39,214 nt of DNA from an uncultured archaeon (lineage in GTDB: Archaea; Asgardarchaeota; Thorarchaeia; Thorarchaeales; Thorarchaeaceae): the NCBI GenBank assembly GCA_964473825.1, contig CAYYQL010000023.1, positions 1 to 39,214 of the forward strand. Reading direction: 5' to 3'. Positions 28,690 to 38,020 of the stretch are shown one piece after another. Numbering within the stretch: position 1 is the first letter of the stretch; every line of letters begins with the position of its first letter. A model generated the notes under the pieces. The model was not told the origin of the DNA, searched no databases, and was given only the letters and a program-made list of their open reading frames with translations. Made by a program: the position numbers and the translations under genes.

Positions 28690-28953
28690 TTAGGCGAAAT
28701 CGATGAGTTGTGACTGACCTTGGTCAACCAATCGCCAGATGCCGGTTACAGCGTCTCTTGTCACGATTGACTCCTTCTCCATGTTCTTGAGGTGGTAGAG
28801 GACCGTGCTATACGATAGGTTCACCACTGACGCGATCTCACTGGTGGTGGGAGCCTCTTTCTGTTCTATTGCCTCGAGTATTGCAGTTCGGGAGCTTAGC
28901 CCACTCTCTACGTTGCGAATCCATGTCAGAAAGGCCCTTCGATTATAGGACAT
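28690..28953 (-). CDS. Winged helix-turn-helix (ArsR/Lrp-like) DNA-binding protein
   Basis: RTAILEAI...TTSEIASVVNLSYSTVLYHLKNMEKESIV.R....W. Confidence 0.85.
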   Translation of the reverse strand: MSYNRRAFLTWIRNVESGLSSRTAILEAIEQKEAPTTSEIASVVNLSYSTVLYHLKNMEKESIVTRDAVTGIWRLVDQGQSQLIDFA

Positions 28954-28962
28954 GAATCTGCC

Positions 28963-29241
28963 TCAGGGAATTGACTCATTGATCAAATCTAAGAACACAG
29001 CCGGTTCATTGTCTTCAGATATTGGTCGAATTCGGTAGTCGTTATACTTGTGACTCAATCGGGCAGCCACTCTTGTACCCACAAGCTTCTTCACAACCCC
29101 TGCCTTCTTTCCCCGCCATAAGTAGATGGTCTTCGTATCGTGATCGATATAGACGAGTACCTTGTGCGTTTCAGTCTTGTGAATGTTACCTTCGGCCGGA
29201 ATCATCTTAGCTTGCGAATCAATCTCAAAGGTTTCGACCAT
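28963..29241 (-). CDS. Single-domain gelsolin-like protein
   Basis: VLVYID...IYLWRGKKA...K...A..L......I..ISEDNEPAVFLDL matches the gelsolin repeat (IY.W.G..S...EG.EP..F). Confidence 0.8.
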   Translation of the reverse strand: MVETFEIDSQAKMIPAEGNIHKTETHKVLVYIDHDTKTIYLWRGKKAGVVKKLVGTRVAARLSHKYNDYRIRPISEDNEPAVFLDLINESIP

Positions 29242-29373
29242 CTTGTGTTTCCTCACTGGGTCACGACACCATAACAGTATCTTCGCTTAAGTGCGTTTTC
29301 GGTATTGGATAGTTAGATACACGCAATAAGGATTGATTAAGGAAGACGTGCCTCAGGTCTTTGTGTGCAGCCT

Positions 29374-30096
29374 ATGTCCAAGCAAGACCAGGTGAGGATT
29401 AGACTCATAGACCGTGAGAACAGAAGAGTCGAGTTAGTCAAGAATGATGTAATTGGTTCTTATCCTCTAAACACAATTCCTGAGAAACTCAAGATTGCCA
29501 TGGCTGATGTGTTTGAAGGCAGATCTCTGGCTCCTAAGGACAAGCTGACACGCCTATACGAATCCTCAGTGATGAAGCCGTCAGTCTGTACTCTGGATCC
29601 TCGTAGTCCCTTTCCAATTAATACCTCAACAAAGCTTGTCAGACTGAGTCTGAATGATGAGGTCATTCAGGACAGAATCGATCAACTGGAGAGTGAACTC
29701 CTATCACTGCAGGGTAGACCCTTTGAGGAAACTATTGGTGAGCGAATTCAACTTTACAGAGACCTCTATGTTAAGGAGAGTGAGATTGATCAATTCAGAC
29801 TGGGTGCCGTTGAGATGTATGGCGAATCTACTTACCACAATATCTGTATGGATTCCAGAACCACACTTTCATTTCAGTGGCGTGATTCAAAGACGGGAAC
29901 CGCCCATGGCTATCAGCTGAACTGTATATCTGAGATGTCTCCTCCGAATGATCCTTTCTTCAGATACATGAGAGTGCTTCGTGGTCTCTTCTCATCCCGT
30001 TTCGTGAACACCAAGAAAGGCGATTACCCCTGTGCATACAAGTTCTGGATATCAGAAGTGCATGACAAGTCACTCGTTAGTAAAATCGGCTATTAG
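29374..30096 (+). CDS. Hypothetical protein
   Basis: About 240 aa ORF with a coiled-coil-like middle; no recognised motif. Confidence 0.65.
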   Translation: MSKQDQVRIRLIDRENRRVELVKNDVIGSYPLNTIPEKLKIAMADVFEGRSLAPKDKLTRLYESSVMKPSVCTLDPRSPFPINTSTKLVRLSLNDEVIQDRIDQLESELLSLQGRPFEETIGERIQLYRDLYVKESEIDQFRLGAVEMYGESTYHNICMDSRTTLSFQWRDSKTGTAHGYQLNCISEMSPPNDPFFRYMRVLRGLFSSRFVNTKKGDYPCAYKFWISEVHDKSLVSKIGY

Positions 30097-30294
30097 CCTC
30101 AGTATTCCGCCATCTATCTGGCTACTCGTTGTAATCAATTCCATTTGAATCGCTCATTGAAAACTAGACGTTGTTCATAATACAATGGGAATTGTTTGTG
30201 ATGATAACGCAAAAAATCGGATGCCATTTGACAATCGTTTTATGCGATTCTGCGTAGCTTCCCACAAGTAGGACAAGATGGCAGGCACGACACA

Positions 30295-30735
30295 TTGAGC
30301 ATAACAAAACACAGTCGGATGAAATCTCCATGGGTATTTCATATCAACACGGGATCCTGCAACGGATGTGATATTGAGATTGTAGCCTCGTTGACACCCA
30401 GATTTGACCTGGAGCAGCTGGGTTGTGTATTGGTGGGAACTCCCCGCCATGCTGATGTTCTGCTCATCTCCGGACCGATGACTCGCCAGATGGTAAAGAG
30501 AGCGATAATGGTGTACGACCAGATTCCGGAACCGAAGACAATTGTTGCCATAGGTGCATGTGCTCTATCGACTGGCCCCTTCTTTGGGAGCGATATGGTT
30601 GAAGGTCCTGTTGATCGCCTCTTGCCTGTAGATGCCTACGTCCCTGGCTGCCCACCGAAACCAGAGGCAATCATGGACGGCGTGCTCAAAGCATTGGAAA
30701 AGAAATATGGGTCTGATGAGAATGGCGACGAATGA
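30295..30735 (+). CDS. Group 4 [NiFe]-hydrogenase small subunit (NuoB/EchC/MbhJ-like)
   Basis: SPW...GSCNGCDIE, PRHADVLL..GP, PEPK..VAIGACA, VDAYVPGCPPKPEAI. Confidence 0.95.
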   Translation: MSITKHSRMKSPWVFHINTGSCNGCDIEIVASLTPRFDLEQLGCVLVGTPRHADVLLISGPMTRQMVKRAIMVYDQIPEPKTIVAIGACALSTGPFFGSDMVEGPVDRLLPVDAYVPGCPPKPEAIMDGVLKALEKKYGSDENGDE

Positions 30736-31852
30736 CGAAGCACAACCAAACACCAAACATGTCCGGATTCCTGTTGGGCCCGTCCACCCTGCTTTCAAGG
30801 AACCGGTTCAGTTCAATATTGTACTCGATAAGGATCGTATTGGAGATGTAGACCTTCGAGTGGGCTTTGTTCATCGAGGGATAGAGGCTCTGGCGGAAAC
30901 ACGAAATCTGATGCAGAATATATTCCTTACAGAACGAATATGCGGTATATGCTCCAACTGCCACTCGACATGTTACATCCACGGGGTAGAAGAGATAGGG
31001 GGTATTGACGTACCAGAACGTGCTAAGTATCTACGAGTACTTCTTTCCGAAATGGAACGTATCCAGAGTCACATTCTCTGGCTTGGGATAAATGCGTATG
31101 AAATCGGGTTTGATACCCTATTCATGTATGCCTTCAAGCATCGAGAGAAAGTGAATGACCTCTTTGAGGAGATCACCGGAAATAGGATCCACTATGGACA
31201 CAATACAATCGGTGGCGTTCGCTACGATATTGACGATGATATTTCTCGAAAAATACTCTCAGCAATCAGTGAAGTCGAGAAGGCCGCAATCTACATTCAA
31301 GACGTCTTTGCGGATCGAACGTCTGTGAAGCGATTAAAGGGTGTCGGCGTGTTGAGTACCAGTGAAGCCAAAGAACTATGCCTGGTTGGCCCGACAGCGA
31401 GGGCTTCTGGTGTTCCAATCGATGTTAGAAAGGACGATCCTTATGCGGCATATGACGATCTGCAAGACAGCTTCGACATAGTGTTGGGCGAAGAAGGAGA
31501 TAGTCTCGCAAGAACCGAAGTGAGGAACCTTGAAATATTTGAGTCTGCCAGACTGATACGCGCAGTCCTCGACGAAATGCCTAATGGACCTATCGTTGCT
31601 GAGGGCAGTGACATGAAGCGGATGCGGAGTATCCCTGCGGGAGAGGCTGTGTCTCGTGTAGAGGCACCACGGGGCGAGTTGATTCATTATGTCAAAACAA
31701 ATGGCAAACAGGGACTGGAAAGACTGAAAGTGAGGTCTCCTACATTGGCGAACATCATCAGCATGGAAACAATGTTGAAGGGTCGTGAGATTGCTGATAT
31801 TCCCGTGATTGCTGCATCAATTGACCCCTGTATGAGCTGTACTGACAGATGA
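30722..31852 (+). CDS. Group 4 [NiFe]-hydrogenase large subunit (EchE/MbhL-like)
   Basis: GPVHP, HRGIE, L1 ERICGICSNCH, EAPRGE, L2 DPCMSCTDR-stop. Likely start is ATG at 30722. Confidence 0.95.
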   Translation: MATNDEAQPNTKHVRIPVGPVHPAFKEPVQFNIVLDKDRIGDVDLRVGFVHRGIEALAETRNLMQNIFLTERICGICSNCHSTCYIHGVEEIGGIDVPERAKYLRVLLSEMERIQSHILWLGINAYEIGFDTLFMYAFKHREKVNDLFEEITGNRIHYGHNTIGGVRYDIDDDISRKILSAISEVEKAAIYIQDVFADRTSVKRLKGVGVLSTSEAKELCLVGPTARASGVPIDVRKDDPYAAYDDLQDSFDIVLGEEGDSLARTEVRNLEIFESARLIRAVLDEMPNGPIVAEGSDMKRMRSIPAGEAVSRVEAPRGELIHYVKTNGKQGLERLKVRSPTLANIISMETMLKGREIADIPVIAASIDPCMSCTDR

Positions 31853-31872
31853 CGGAGAAGGATGGTTAAGAG

Positions 31873-32826
31873 ATGATAGAATCACTCATCCTAATACTAA
31901 CCGTGGTTCTCCTGGTTCCGATATCAATCATCCTCGGACTCCTGTTTGAGGGCATGGGCAGGAAGCTTCAGGCTCGAATGCAGAACCGGAGAGGCCCTCC
32001 GATTCTCCAACCCTTCTATGATTTCATAAAGCTGTTCGGCAAGGAGCAGCTCGTACCAGAGACCTCTGCATCGGTGATTTTCACTCTTGCTCCAGTAATC
32101 GCTGTCATCAGCCCGATTATCAGCTCTGTCATGACTATGGCAGTAGTACTCTTCCAAGTACCTCTTGAGGGAGACATTATCTTGATCCTCTACTTGCTTA
32201 CAATACCCTCGTTGATGTATGCGGTTGGAGGCGCATCGTCTGGTAATCCCTTCGGCGCTATAGGCTTTTCTAGAACTATAACGATGATGCTTGCATATGA
32301 ACTGCCTTTCATCATGTCGCTTGCACTCACAATGTTCAAGACCGAGTTCACACTTGCAAGTTATTCAGTTATTCAGTTGCAAGAAACACTGGGCACTGCG
32401 ATGGTTCTAGCTTATCCAAGCATGTTATTTGCGGGGGCAGCTTTTGTGCTTTGCATTCCTGCTGCCGTGGCTGTGGTGCCCTTCGACGTGTCCGAGGCCA
32501 AGACGGAGATTGCCCACGGCGTGTTAATAGAATATACAGGATCTCATCTTGCTCTGATGAAGCTCAGTAAGACAATGTTGTCGTTCAATCTAACTCTTCT
32601 AGCCACAATCCTCTTCTTCAATCATCCCCTGCTGTTTGGCTGGGCTGGTGTTTATGGTTCCATGATGGTACGGCTTCTGCTTGCATTTGTTGTGATGTTT
32701 GCTGCTGCTACACTTCCCAGTACAATCTTTGCACGTTCAAAGCCATATCAAGCATTCAGGTTTTACTGGAAAATTCCAATGCTCTTTGTGGTGTTGTCGA
32801 TCTTCTTTGTGATGATAGGGCTGTAG
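31873..32826 (+). CDS. Hydrogenase membrane anchor (NuoH/EchB/HyfC-like)
   Basis: RKLQARMQNRRGPPILQPFYDFIKLFGKE, PFDVSEAKTEI..G...EYTG. Confidence 0.93.
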   Translation: MIESLILILTVVLLVPISIILGLLFEGMGRKLQARMQNRRGPPILQPFYDFIKLFGKEQLVPETSASVIFTLAPVIAVISPIISSVMTMAVVLFQVPLEGDIILILYLLTIPSLMYAVGGASSGNPFGAIGFSRTITMMLAYELPFIMSLALTMFKTEFTLASYSVIQLQETLGTAMVLAYPSMLFAGAAFVLCIPAAVAVVPFDVSEAKTEIAHGVLIEYTGSHLALMKLSKTMLSFNLTLLATILFFNHPLLFGWAGVYGSMMVRLLLAFVVMFAAATLPSTIFARSKPYQAFRFYWKIPMLFVVLSIFFVMIGL

Positions 32827-33174
32827 GTGATATGTTTGAAAGTGGTTCAAATGCTGCGTGACGCAATAAGGTCACTCTTTCGTAGACCATATACGATTCC
32901 CTGGGATGCAACGCCTGAAGAGAGAGGACCCGTGCCAAAACGGCTTCGAGGGAAGATAGTCTACGACCGAGACACCTGCATTGGATGTCTTCTGTGTACT
33001 AAGATGTGCCCGGCCGGTGCTATCTTGGTGAAAGAGAACAAGAAGGTAAGGTTTAATTTGAGTCGTTGTTTGTTCTGCGGCCAGTGTAGGGACATCTGTC
33101 CTGTAGATGCCATCGAACTATCAACAGAGTATTTGATGGGTACGCATGATCGAGAGAACCTCTATGTTGAATGA
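32827..33174 (+). CDS. 2x[4Fe-4S] subunit (NuoI/EchF-like)
   Basis: RPYT, RGKI, CIGCLLCTKMCP, CLFCGQCRDICP. Confidence 0.93.
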   Translation: MICLKVVQMLRDAIRSLFRRPYTIPWDATPEERGPVPKRLRGKIVYDRDTCIGCLLCTKMCPAGAILVKENKKVRFNLSRCLFCGQCRDICPVDAIELSTEYLMGTHDRENLYVE

Positions 33175-33210
33175 AACTGGTGAGCATTTCTACGTTTGTG
33201 GGGTCTGTAA

Positions 33211-33681
33211 GTGAGTCAGGAAACTGTAACTATTACGCTGGAAAACCTCGTCTACCACTCGACTGATCATCCTCTTCTGAGTGACCTCTTAGAGGAAAAG
33301 TATGGCTTTACGAGGATTGAAGATGATACGCAGGAAGTGTCGAAGGAACAGAAGCCAACAACTCAGTCACTTGAAGAGAAAGAAAACGACAAGATTGTGA
33401 AAGCCGAGATCAAGAAGTACTCAAAACACAAGAAATTGTCTGGTGATTACCTCGATGCAAGTATCCGCGTTGCCATTCTCGGTGATGTTACTTGCACGCA
33501 TACCGTGGTCGAGATCAACTCTGATGAACAGGAGTCTAACTACACCACGACCTATCAGATGATCAGAATCAGTAGCGACAGCGGATACGCGATTCAGAAG
33601 CTCATCGACAGACTGGTCGTTGACCTTGGCCTTGTTATTTCAAAATCTGACTGGTCGTTCCACCGGGTCAAGGACCTCTGA
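33211..33681 (+). CDS. Hypothetical soluble protein at the end of the hydrogenase operon
   Basis: 156 aa, 36 bp downstream of the NuoI-like gene on the same strand. Confidence 0.7.
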   Translation: MSQETVTITLENLVYHSTDHPLLSDLLEEKYGFTRIEDDTQEVSKEQKPTTQSLEEKENDKIVKAEIKKYSKHKKLSGDYLDASIRVAILGDVTCTHTVVEINSDEQESNYTTTYQMIRISSDSGYAIQKLIDRLVVDLGLVISKSDWSFHRVKDL

Positions 33682-33825
33682 ATCGATCGGTATTGTTCAT
33701 GATGGTCGGCTGAACCGACTGACAGCTCAGGTGCTTTAGTCTTGAGTGCAGTGGGCAGAGGAGATAATGATGCCTCGAATTTCATGTTTCGACTTTTGAC
33801 TTTCCCGGGATTCTGAAATGGGTAT

Positions 33826-35298
33826 CTATGTGATGAAGCCCAGGAATAGATGCGGCATGAGTCCAAAAACAATGATGATGGCCGCAGTTATGACTGCAGG
33901 AATCCACATTTCCCGGGGGACCTCTTTCGTGTCCTTAAGAGATTCTCTCTCTGGCCCTGCAAAAATCAGGTGATATGACCTGATGAGGAAGACGAACGCA
34001 AGTAGCGACGTGCTTACGAGTAGCAGCAGCATTACGATAGCGGGCATCAATCCCACACTTGCAAGAAGATGTTGATAGACAGTGCCTAAGAGAAGCCACT
34101 TTGTGATGAAACCGCTAAGGGGAGCTATGCCGGCTAAAGATATGATTGCGATCAGATACACTACAGAAGTACGCCGCATCTGCCTGCCCAATCCTCCGAG
34201 AGATTTCATGTCCATGGTGCCCGTGGCAATGATTACCGACCCTAAACAGAGAAGAATTGCCAGCTTCATGATTGATGCATTCATGAGGTAGAGCTGACCA
34301 ACAGCATAGCTGAGTGGTGTGAACAAACCAAACACGATCATAACATAACCGAACTCTTCGATGGTTGCATATGCGACTAATCTCATGAAGTTATTCTGTG
34401 CATAAGCCAGCAGTACTCCGAAAACAAGTGAGAAGACACCAACACCAATCACAAGGAGTGGGAGGACTGTGGACGGTGAAACAGAGTACAGCATATGAAC
34501 GACTCTGTACAACGCGATGAACAGAGCAATGGGCTCGGCGGCGAAGAAGCAGTTAACGGCTGGTTTTGATGCAGGGAATGCATCTGGTAGCCATCCGTGG
34601 AATGGAGCAACCCCTATATCTGCACCAATTCCAACGATGAAAAACACGCCTATGAGAATGACAAGTCCTGACTCGGCTGCGAGTGGGCCAGGATTGGCCA
34701 GTATTTCACGGATGTTGGAAGTCTGAGCAGTGATGTAGACCAGTATGGTGCCGAGAATCACAAGAAGAGCACTTACTGCTGTAATAATGAGGTATTTGAA
34801 TGAGGCTTCGACTGCGTCTTTTCCTTTTGCATGTACCACCAGTATGACGGAAACGGCAATGACAAGCTCGATGAATAGAGCGACAGCGAATATATCATAG
34901 ACTAGAATCAATCCCAGCATACAAGTCAAAAACGATAATACAACGAAATTGTAAATCTCCGGGCTGAGCCGTCCGCCCTGTTCTGCCTTGATGTTGTAAA
35001 TGGACGTCAGAAAGAAGATGACTCCAACTGCAAGCAAGGGTGCCATGTTTTCTGAGTCCAGCCTGATGGCGGCCCATGGAAACTCATAGATGACCCCGCT
35101 GAAGACCGCTGGAGACAGCAGGATGAGAAGAAGCAGTGTCAAAGATGTACCCACAACAACAGAGGGTTTGTCAACATGCTCGAAGAGATGTTCTAGACGC
35201 GACACGCGGGCAATCAGTATTGAGACCACTGCAACTAGCAACGGGATGCCTAGGACCGCGAGGGGAACGGGCGATGCCATTAGATAAGTCGCCTCCAT
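33826..35298 (-). CDS. Antiporter-like subunit (HyfF/MrpD/NuoN-like)
   Basis: FIEL, EASFKYL, PFHGWLPDA, LGGL, SLAGIAPLSGFITKW; about 14 TM helices. Confidence 0.9.
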   Translation of the reverse strand: MEATYLMASPVPLAVLGIPLLVAVVSILIARVSRLEHLFEHVDKPSVVVGTSLTLLLLILLSPAVFSGVIYEFPWAAIRLDSENMAPLLAVGVIFFLTSIYNIKAEQGGRLSPEIYNFVVLSFLTCMLGLILVYDIFAVALFIELVIAVSVILVVHAKGKDAVEASFKYLIITAVSALLVILGTILVYITAQTSNIREILANPGPLAAESGLVILIGVFFIVGIGADIGVAPFHGWLPDAFPASKPAVNCFFAAEPIALFIALYRVVHMLYSVSPSTVLPLLVIGVGVFSLVFGVLLAYAQNNFMRLVAYATIEEFGYVMIVFGLFTPLSYAVGQLYLMNASIMKLAILLCLGSVIIATGTMDMKSLGGLGRQMRRTSVVYLIAIISLAGIAPLSGFITKWLLLGTVYQHLLASVGLMPAIVMLLLLVSTSLLAFVFLIRSYHLIFAGPERESLKDTKEVPREMWIPAVITAAIIIVFGLMPHLFLGFIT

Positions 35299-35924
35299 TC
35301 TGTTACAGACATAACACCATATTCGCGATAGCCATGGATAATTATGTACACGCCTGCTAGGTTGACGAGACTAACGAGAAGAAGTAGAGGGAATACGATG
35401 GTGAAAGGTGCTTGTTCGAAAAATGGGAATAGCGCCGTTTCTGCGATGTTGAGACCTACAAGAATCTTCAAGGGATCGTCACGTGTTAGAATCAATACAA
35501 AGTCGATAGAGAGTACAAGAGTGACCGGTGCGAAGATGACGAGGTCTCCAGGTACCACTGGCCATATCCATATCCAGAGCATGACCTGTGCGGCAATCAA
35601 TGCAAGAATCACGGCACTTGTGACGCGAATGCCTGTTCTGGGAAAGTCAGATACGTTCTCGGTCTTCCTTACACCTGCATATAGTATGAGCGGGGTGACC
35701 CCCGCAGCGAAGAAAAACTCTCCTGCAGCCGCCATCACCTTGATAGCTGACGTGGCATTCCAAGCCATAGAAGCCTCAATCAGTGCCAGTGTCAGAGATG
35801 CTATGGTGACAATGCTGGCCTGTAACACGAGAATCAGAATGAGCTGTTTTGAGGTGCGAATGTAGCATGCCAGTGCTGTCAGAATCGCGAGAACGAATAA
35901 CAGATAGAAGTAAATAATGTTCAT
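35280..35924 (-). CDS. Small membrane subunit (HyfE-like)
   Basis: About 7 TM helices, LQA in TM2, KILVGLNIAET; lies between two antiporter-like genes. Confidence 0.65.
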   Translation of the reverse strand: MNIIYFYLLFVLAILTALACYIRTSKQLILILVLQASIVTIASLTLALIEASMAWNATSAIKVMAAAGEFFFAAGVTPLILYAGVRKTENVSDFPRTGIRVTSAVILALIAAQVMLWIWIWPVVPGDLVIFAPVTLVLSIDFVLILTRDDPLKILVGLNIAETALFPFFEQAPFTIVFPLLLLVSLVNLAGVYIIIHGYREYGVMSVTEWRRLI

Positions 35925-35928
35925 CGTC

Positions 35929-37878
35929 TTACACCACCAAGAAAGCCATCAGCAGCAAGACCGTCAACCCGAGGATGAACCACAAGAAGGCACGAACAAA
36001 CTGACGCCGGACATCCAACTCCAGTAGCCTCTTACCTGCTTCGTATATCCTCTTAGAGAAGTATTCATAGAGTCGGTCAATGTCAGTGGACCGAACCAGA
36101 CGTTCCACGTTGAAGATATCTGATCGAATTGTGTAGAATAGGTCTGAATGAGATAGTCTATACTCTCCGCTGTCCTCTCCACAGATGAACGGCTTGAAAG
36201 CCTGTTCATGTGGTTGATGCTTGTACTTCCCTCTGTTCTTCGAGAAAACTACTGCTACAAAGACCACAGAGAGTAATACCAATGTGGCCGTTGTGATTAT
36301 GATAGGACTCCAGAGTCCGCCAAAGACCGGTAATATCAGGAAAGGAATCACTTCTTCAACGGACATGCCGAGCTGAACAACACTTGGCAGGATTAGACCA
36401 TCAAGGAGCAGCACGGGGTCGAGTCCGATAATCACTATCAGCCCTGCCATTAGAAGCATTGGAAGCAACATGAAGATGGGCGGATCCGTGACATCAGAAG
36501 GTATTGTCACTTCGCTCTTAACGAGAAAGACAGAATAGAGTATTCGGGTTGCTATCACGATGTGTATTAGCTCTCCCAGTATCGCCACAGACAAAAAGAA
36601 GGGTGAACGGGCCGCAACTGTGGACATTATAACAAGATACTTGGCGATAAACTCGCTAAGCAAAGGCAGACCACCTATAGCTAGAACACTTATTGCTGTA
36701 CATGATGCCGTTATCGGCATCGAGTGATAAAGTCCACCTAGATTGTCGATGTGGCGCATCCCCGTTTCCATGATGACAGCTCCTGCACACAGAAACAGGA
36801 GACCTACAACCAATGTATGTGATATTGCATAGAAGAGACTTGCAGTTACCCCCAGTGGTGACTCCAACCCCAGAACAATAAACACGAAGCCAAGCTCAGA
36901 AGAAGCACCGTAGGCGATAATCCTGGGCAAATCCGTTTCTATTGCAGCATTAATCGCTCCGATGAGAAGGGTAACTGTTCCCACTAGTGATATGACTAGA
37001 CCCAATACACTTGGATTCCCCAGTATTTGAACGAGCGCCACTGTAGGGAAAAGAGTAAGAGCAGGCTCAAATGCCTGTACAACAAGCCGGAGGAGAAGAT
37101 AGATGCCGGTCAGATCAGTTGCGAGGAACAGAACCATAGTCGAAGCTGGCGCGATGGTTCCGTCAGGAAACCATGTATGAAATGGAAACTGGAGACTCTT
37201 GGGAAGAACTGCGAGTAGTGACAATGGAATCAGGGCTGGTAATGTCGCTCCCAGCAACCCCGGATACTGAGCAATTTCATGGATTTGAAGCGTTCCCAGG
37301 GTTGATGAGATGATGATGGTGAGTGCAAGAAGTCCTAGACCGCCGGCATGAGTCATCAAGAAGGCTTTGAAAGCAGCCTCAGGACTGTCTCTTTGGATGA
37401 TTAATGCATAAAGAGACAGAGTCATTATCTCCCAGAAGATGAGGAGGGTGAAGAGGTCTAGTGAAAAGAGGGTTCCTAGGAGTCCGCCAACCATTATCAC
37501 TGAGGTGGAAAGAGACCTATCCGCCATTGACCTGTGGATGCTATCTTCAGTCCTTCTGAAGTAACCAATTCCATATCCGACGATTAAGACTCCGAATAGG
37601 GATCCGACAAGAGCAAAGGAAATGGACAGCAGGTCGATGTACATTCCGGTCTGAATCTCAGTTGTCAGGAGGGTAAGTGTGAATAGGTTGAGCTGCAAAG
37701 CAGAAACCAGGATTGTCGGAAGCAAGGCAATCAACCCGACGAAGACAAACATGACAGCAGCAAGACAAGCCCATCTTGATAGAGTACTTGATTGTGATAG
37801 TTTTGCCAGCGGAAGAGAAAGCGCGCCGGTGGCTAGAGGAATGCCAACAACAAGCACAGCAAGTACGGTATTTATCAA
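35929..37878 (-). CDS. Antiporter-like subunit (HyfB/MrpA/NuoL-like)
   Basis: FWEIMT, KSLQFPFHTWFPD, LGGL...MPIT, GLP.LS.FIAK, PFICGE; GAGGTGA RBS before TTG at 37878. Confidence 0.9.
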   Translation of the reverse strand: MINTVLAVLVVGIPLATGALSLPLAKLSQSSTLSRWACLAAVMFVFVGLIALLPTILVSALQLNLFTLTLLTTEIQTGMYIDLLSISFALVGSLFGVLIVGYGIGYFRRTEDSIHRSMADRSLSTSVIMVGGLLGTLFSLDLFTLLIFWEIMTLSLYALIIQRDSPEAAFKAFLMTHAGGLGLLALTIIISSTLGTLQIHEIAQYPGLLGATLPALIPLSLLAVLPKSLQFPFHTWFPDGTIAPASTMVLFLATDLTGIYLLLRLVVQAFEPALTLFPTVALVQILGNPSVLGLVISLVGTVTLLIGAINAAIETDLPRIIAYGASSELGFVFIVLGLESPLGVTASLFYAISHTLVVGLLFLCAGAVIMETGMRHIDNLGGLYHSMPITASCTAISVLAIGGLPLLSEFIAKYLVIMSTVAARSPFFLSVAILGELIHIVIATRILYSVFLVKSEVTIPSDVTDPPIFMLLPMLLMAGLIVIIGLDPVLLLDGLILPSVVQLGMSVEEVIPFLILPVFGGLWSPIIITTATLVLLSVVFVAVVFSKNRGKYKHQPHEQAFKPFICGEDSGEYRLSHSDLFYTIRSDIFNVERLVRSTDIDRLYEYFSKRIYEAGKRLLELDVRRQFVRAFLWFILGLTVLLLMAFLVV

Positions 37879-38020
37879 CTGTCTCACCTCTTCATCAGAG
37901 TCTGTACCGGAACACCACAGCCTCTCTTGTGGGCTTTCAGTTTTTGCCTCCCCTATTATTCTTGACGTTAGGACCTTTCCTCGGCTCGGAATATGTGCTC
38001 AGATTCGTGTTGGTGTAAAA

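Noticed and set aside
35344-35865. 173-aa plus-strand ORF and similar long antisense ORFs (19948-20436, 23636-24091, 25219-25638)
   Set aside because: Antisense shadows of well-supported genes.
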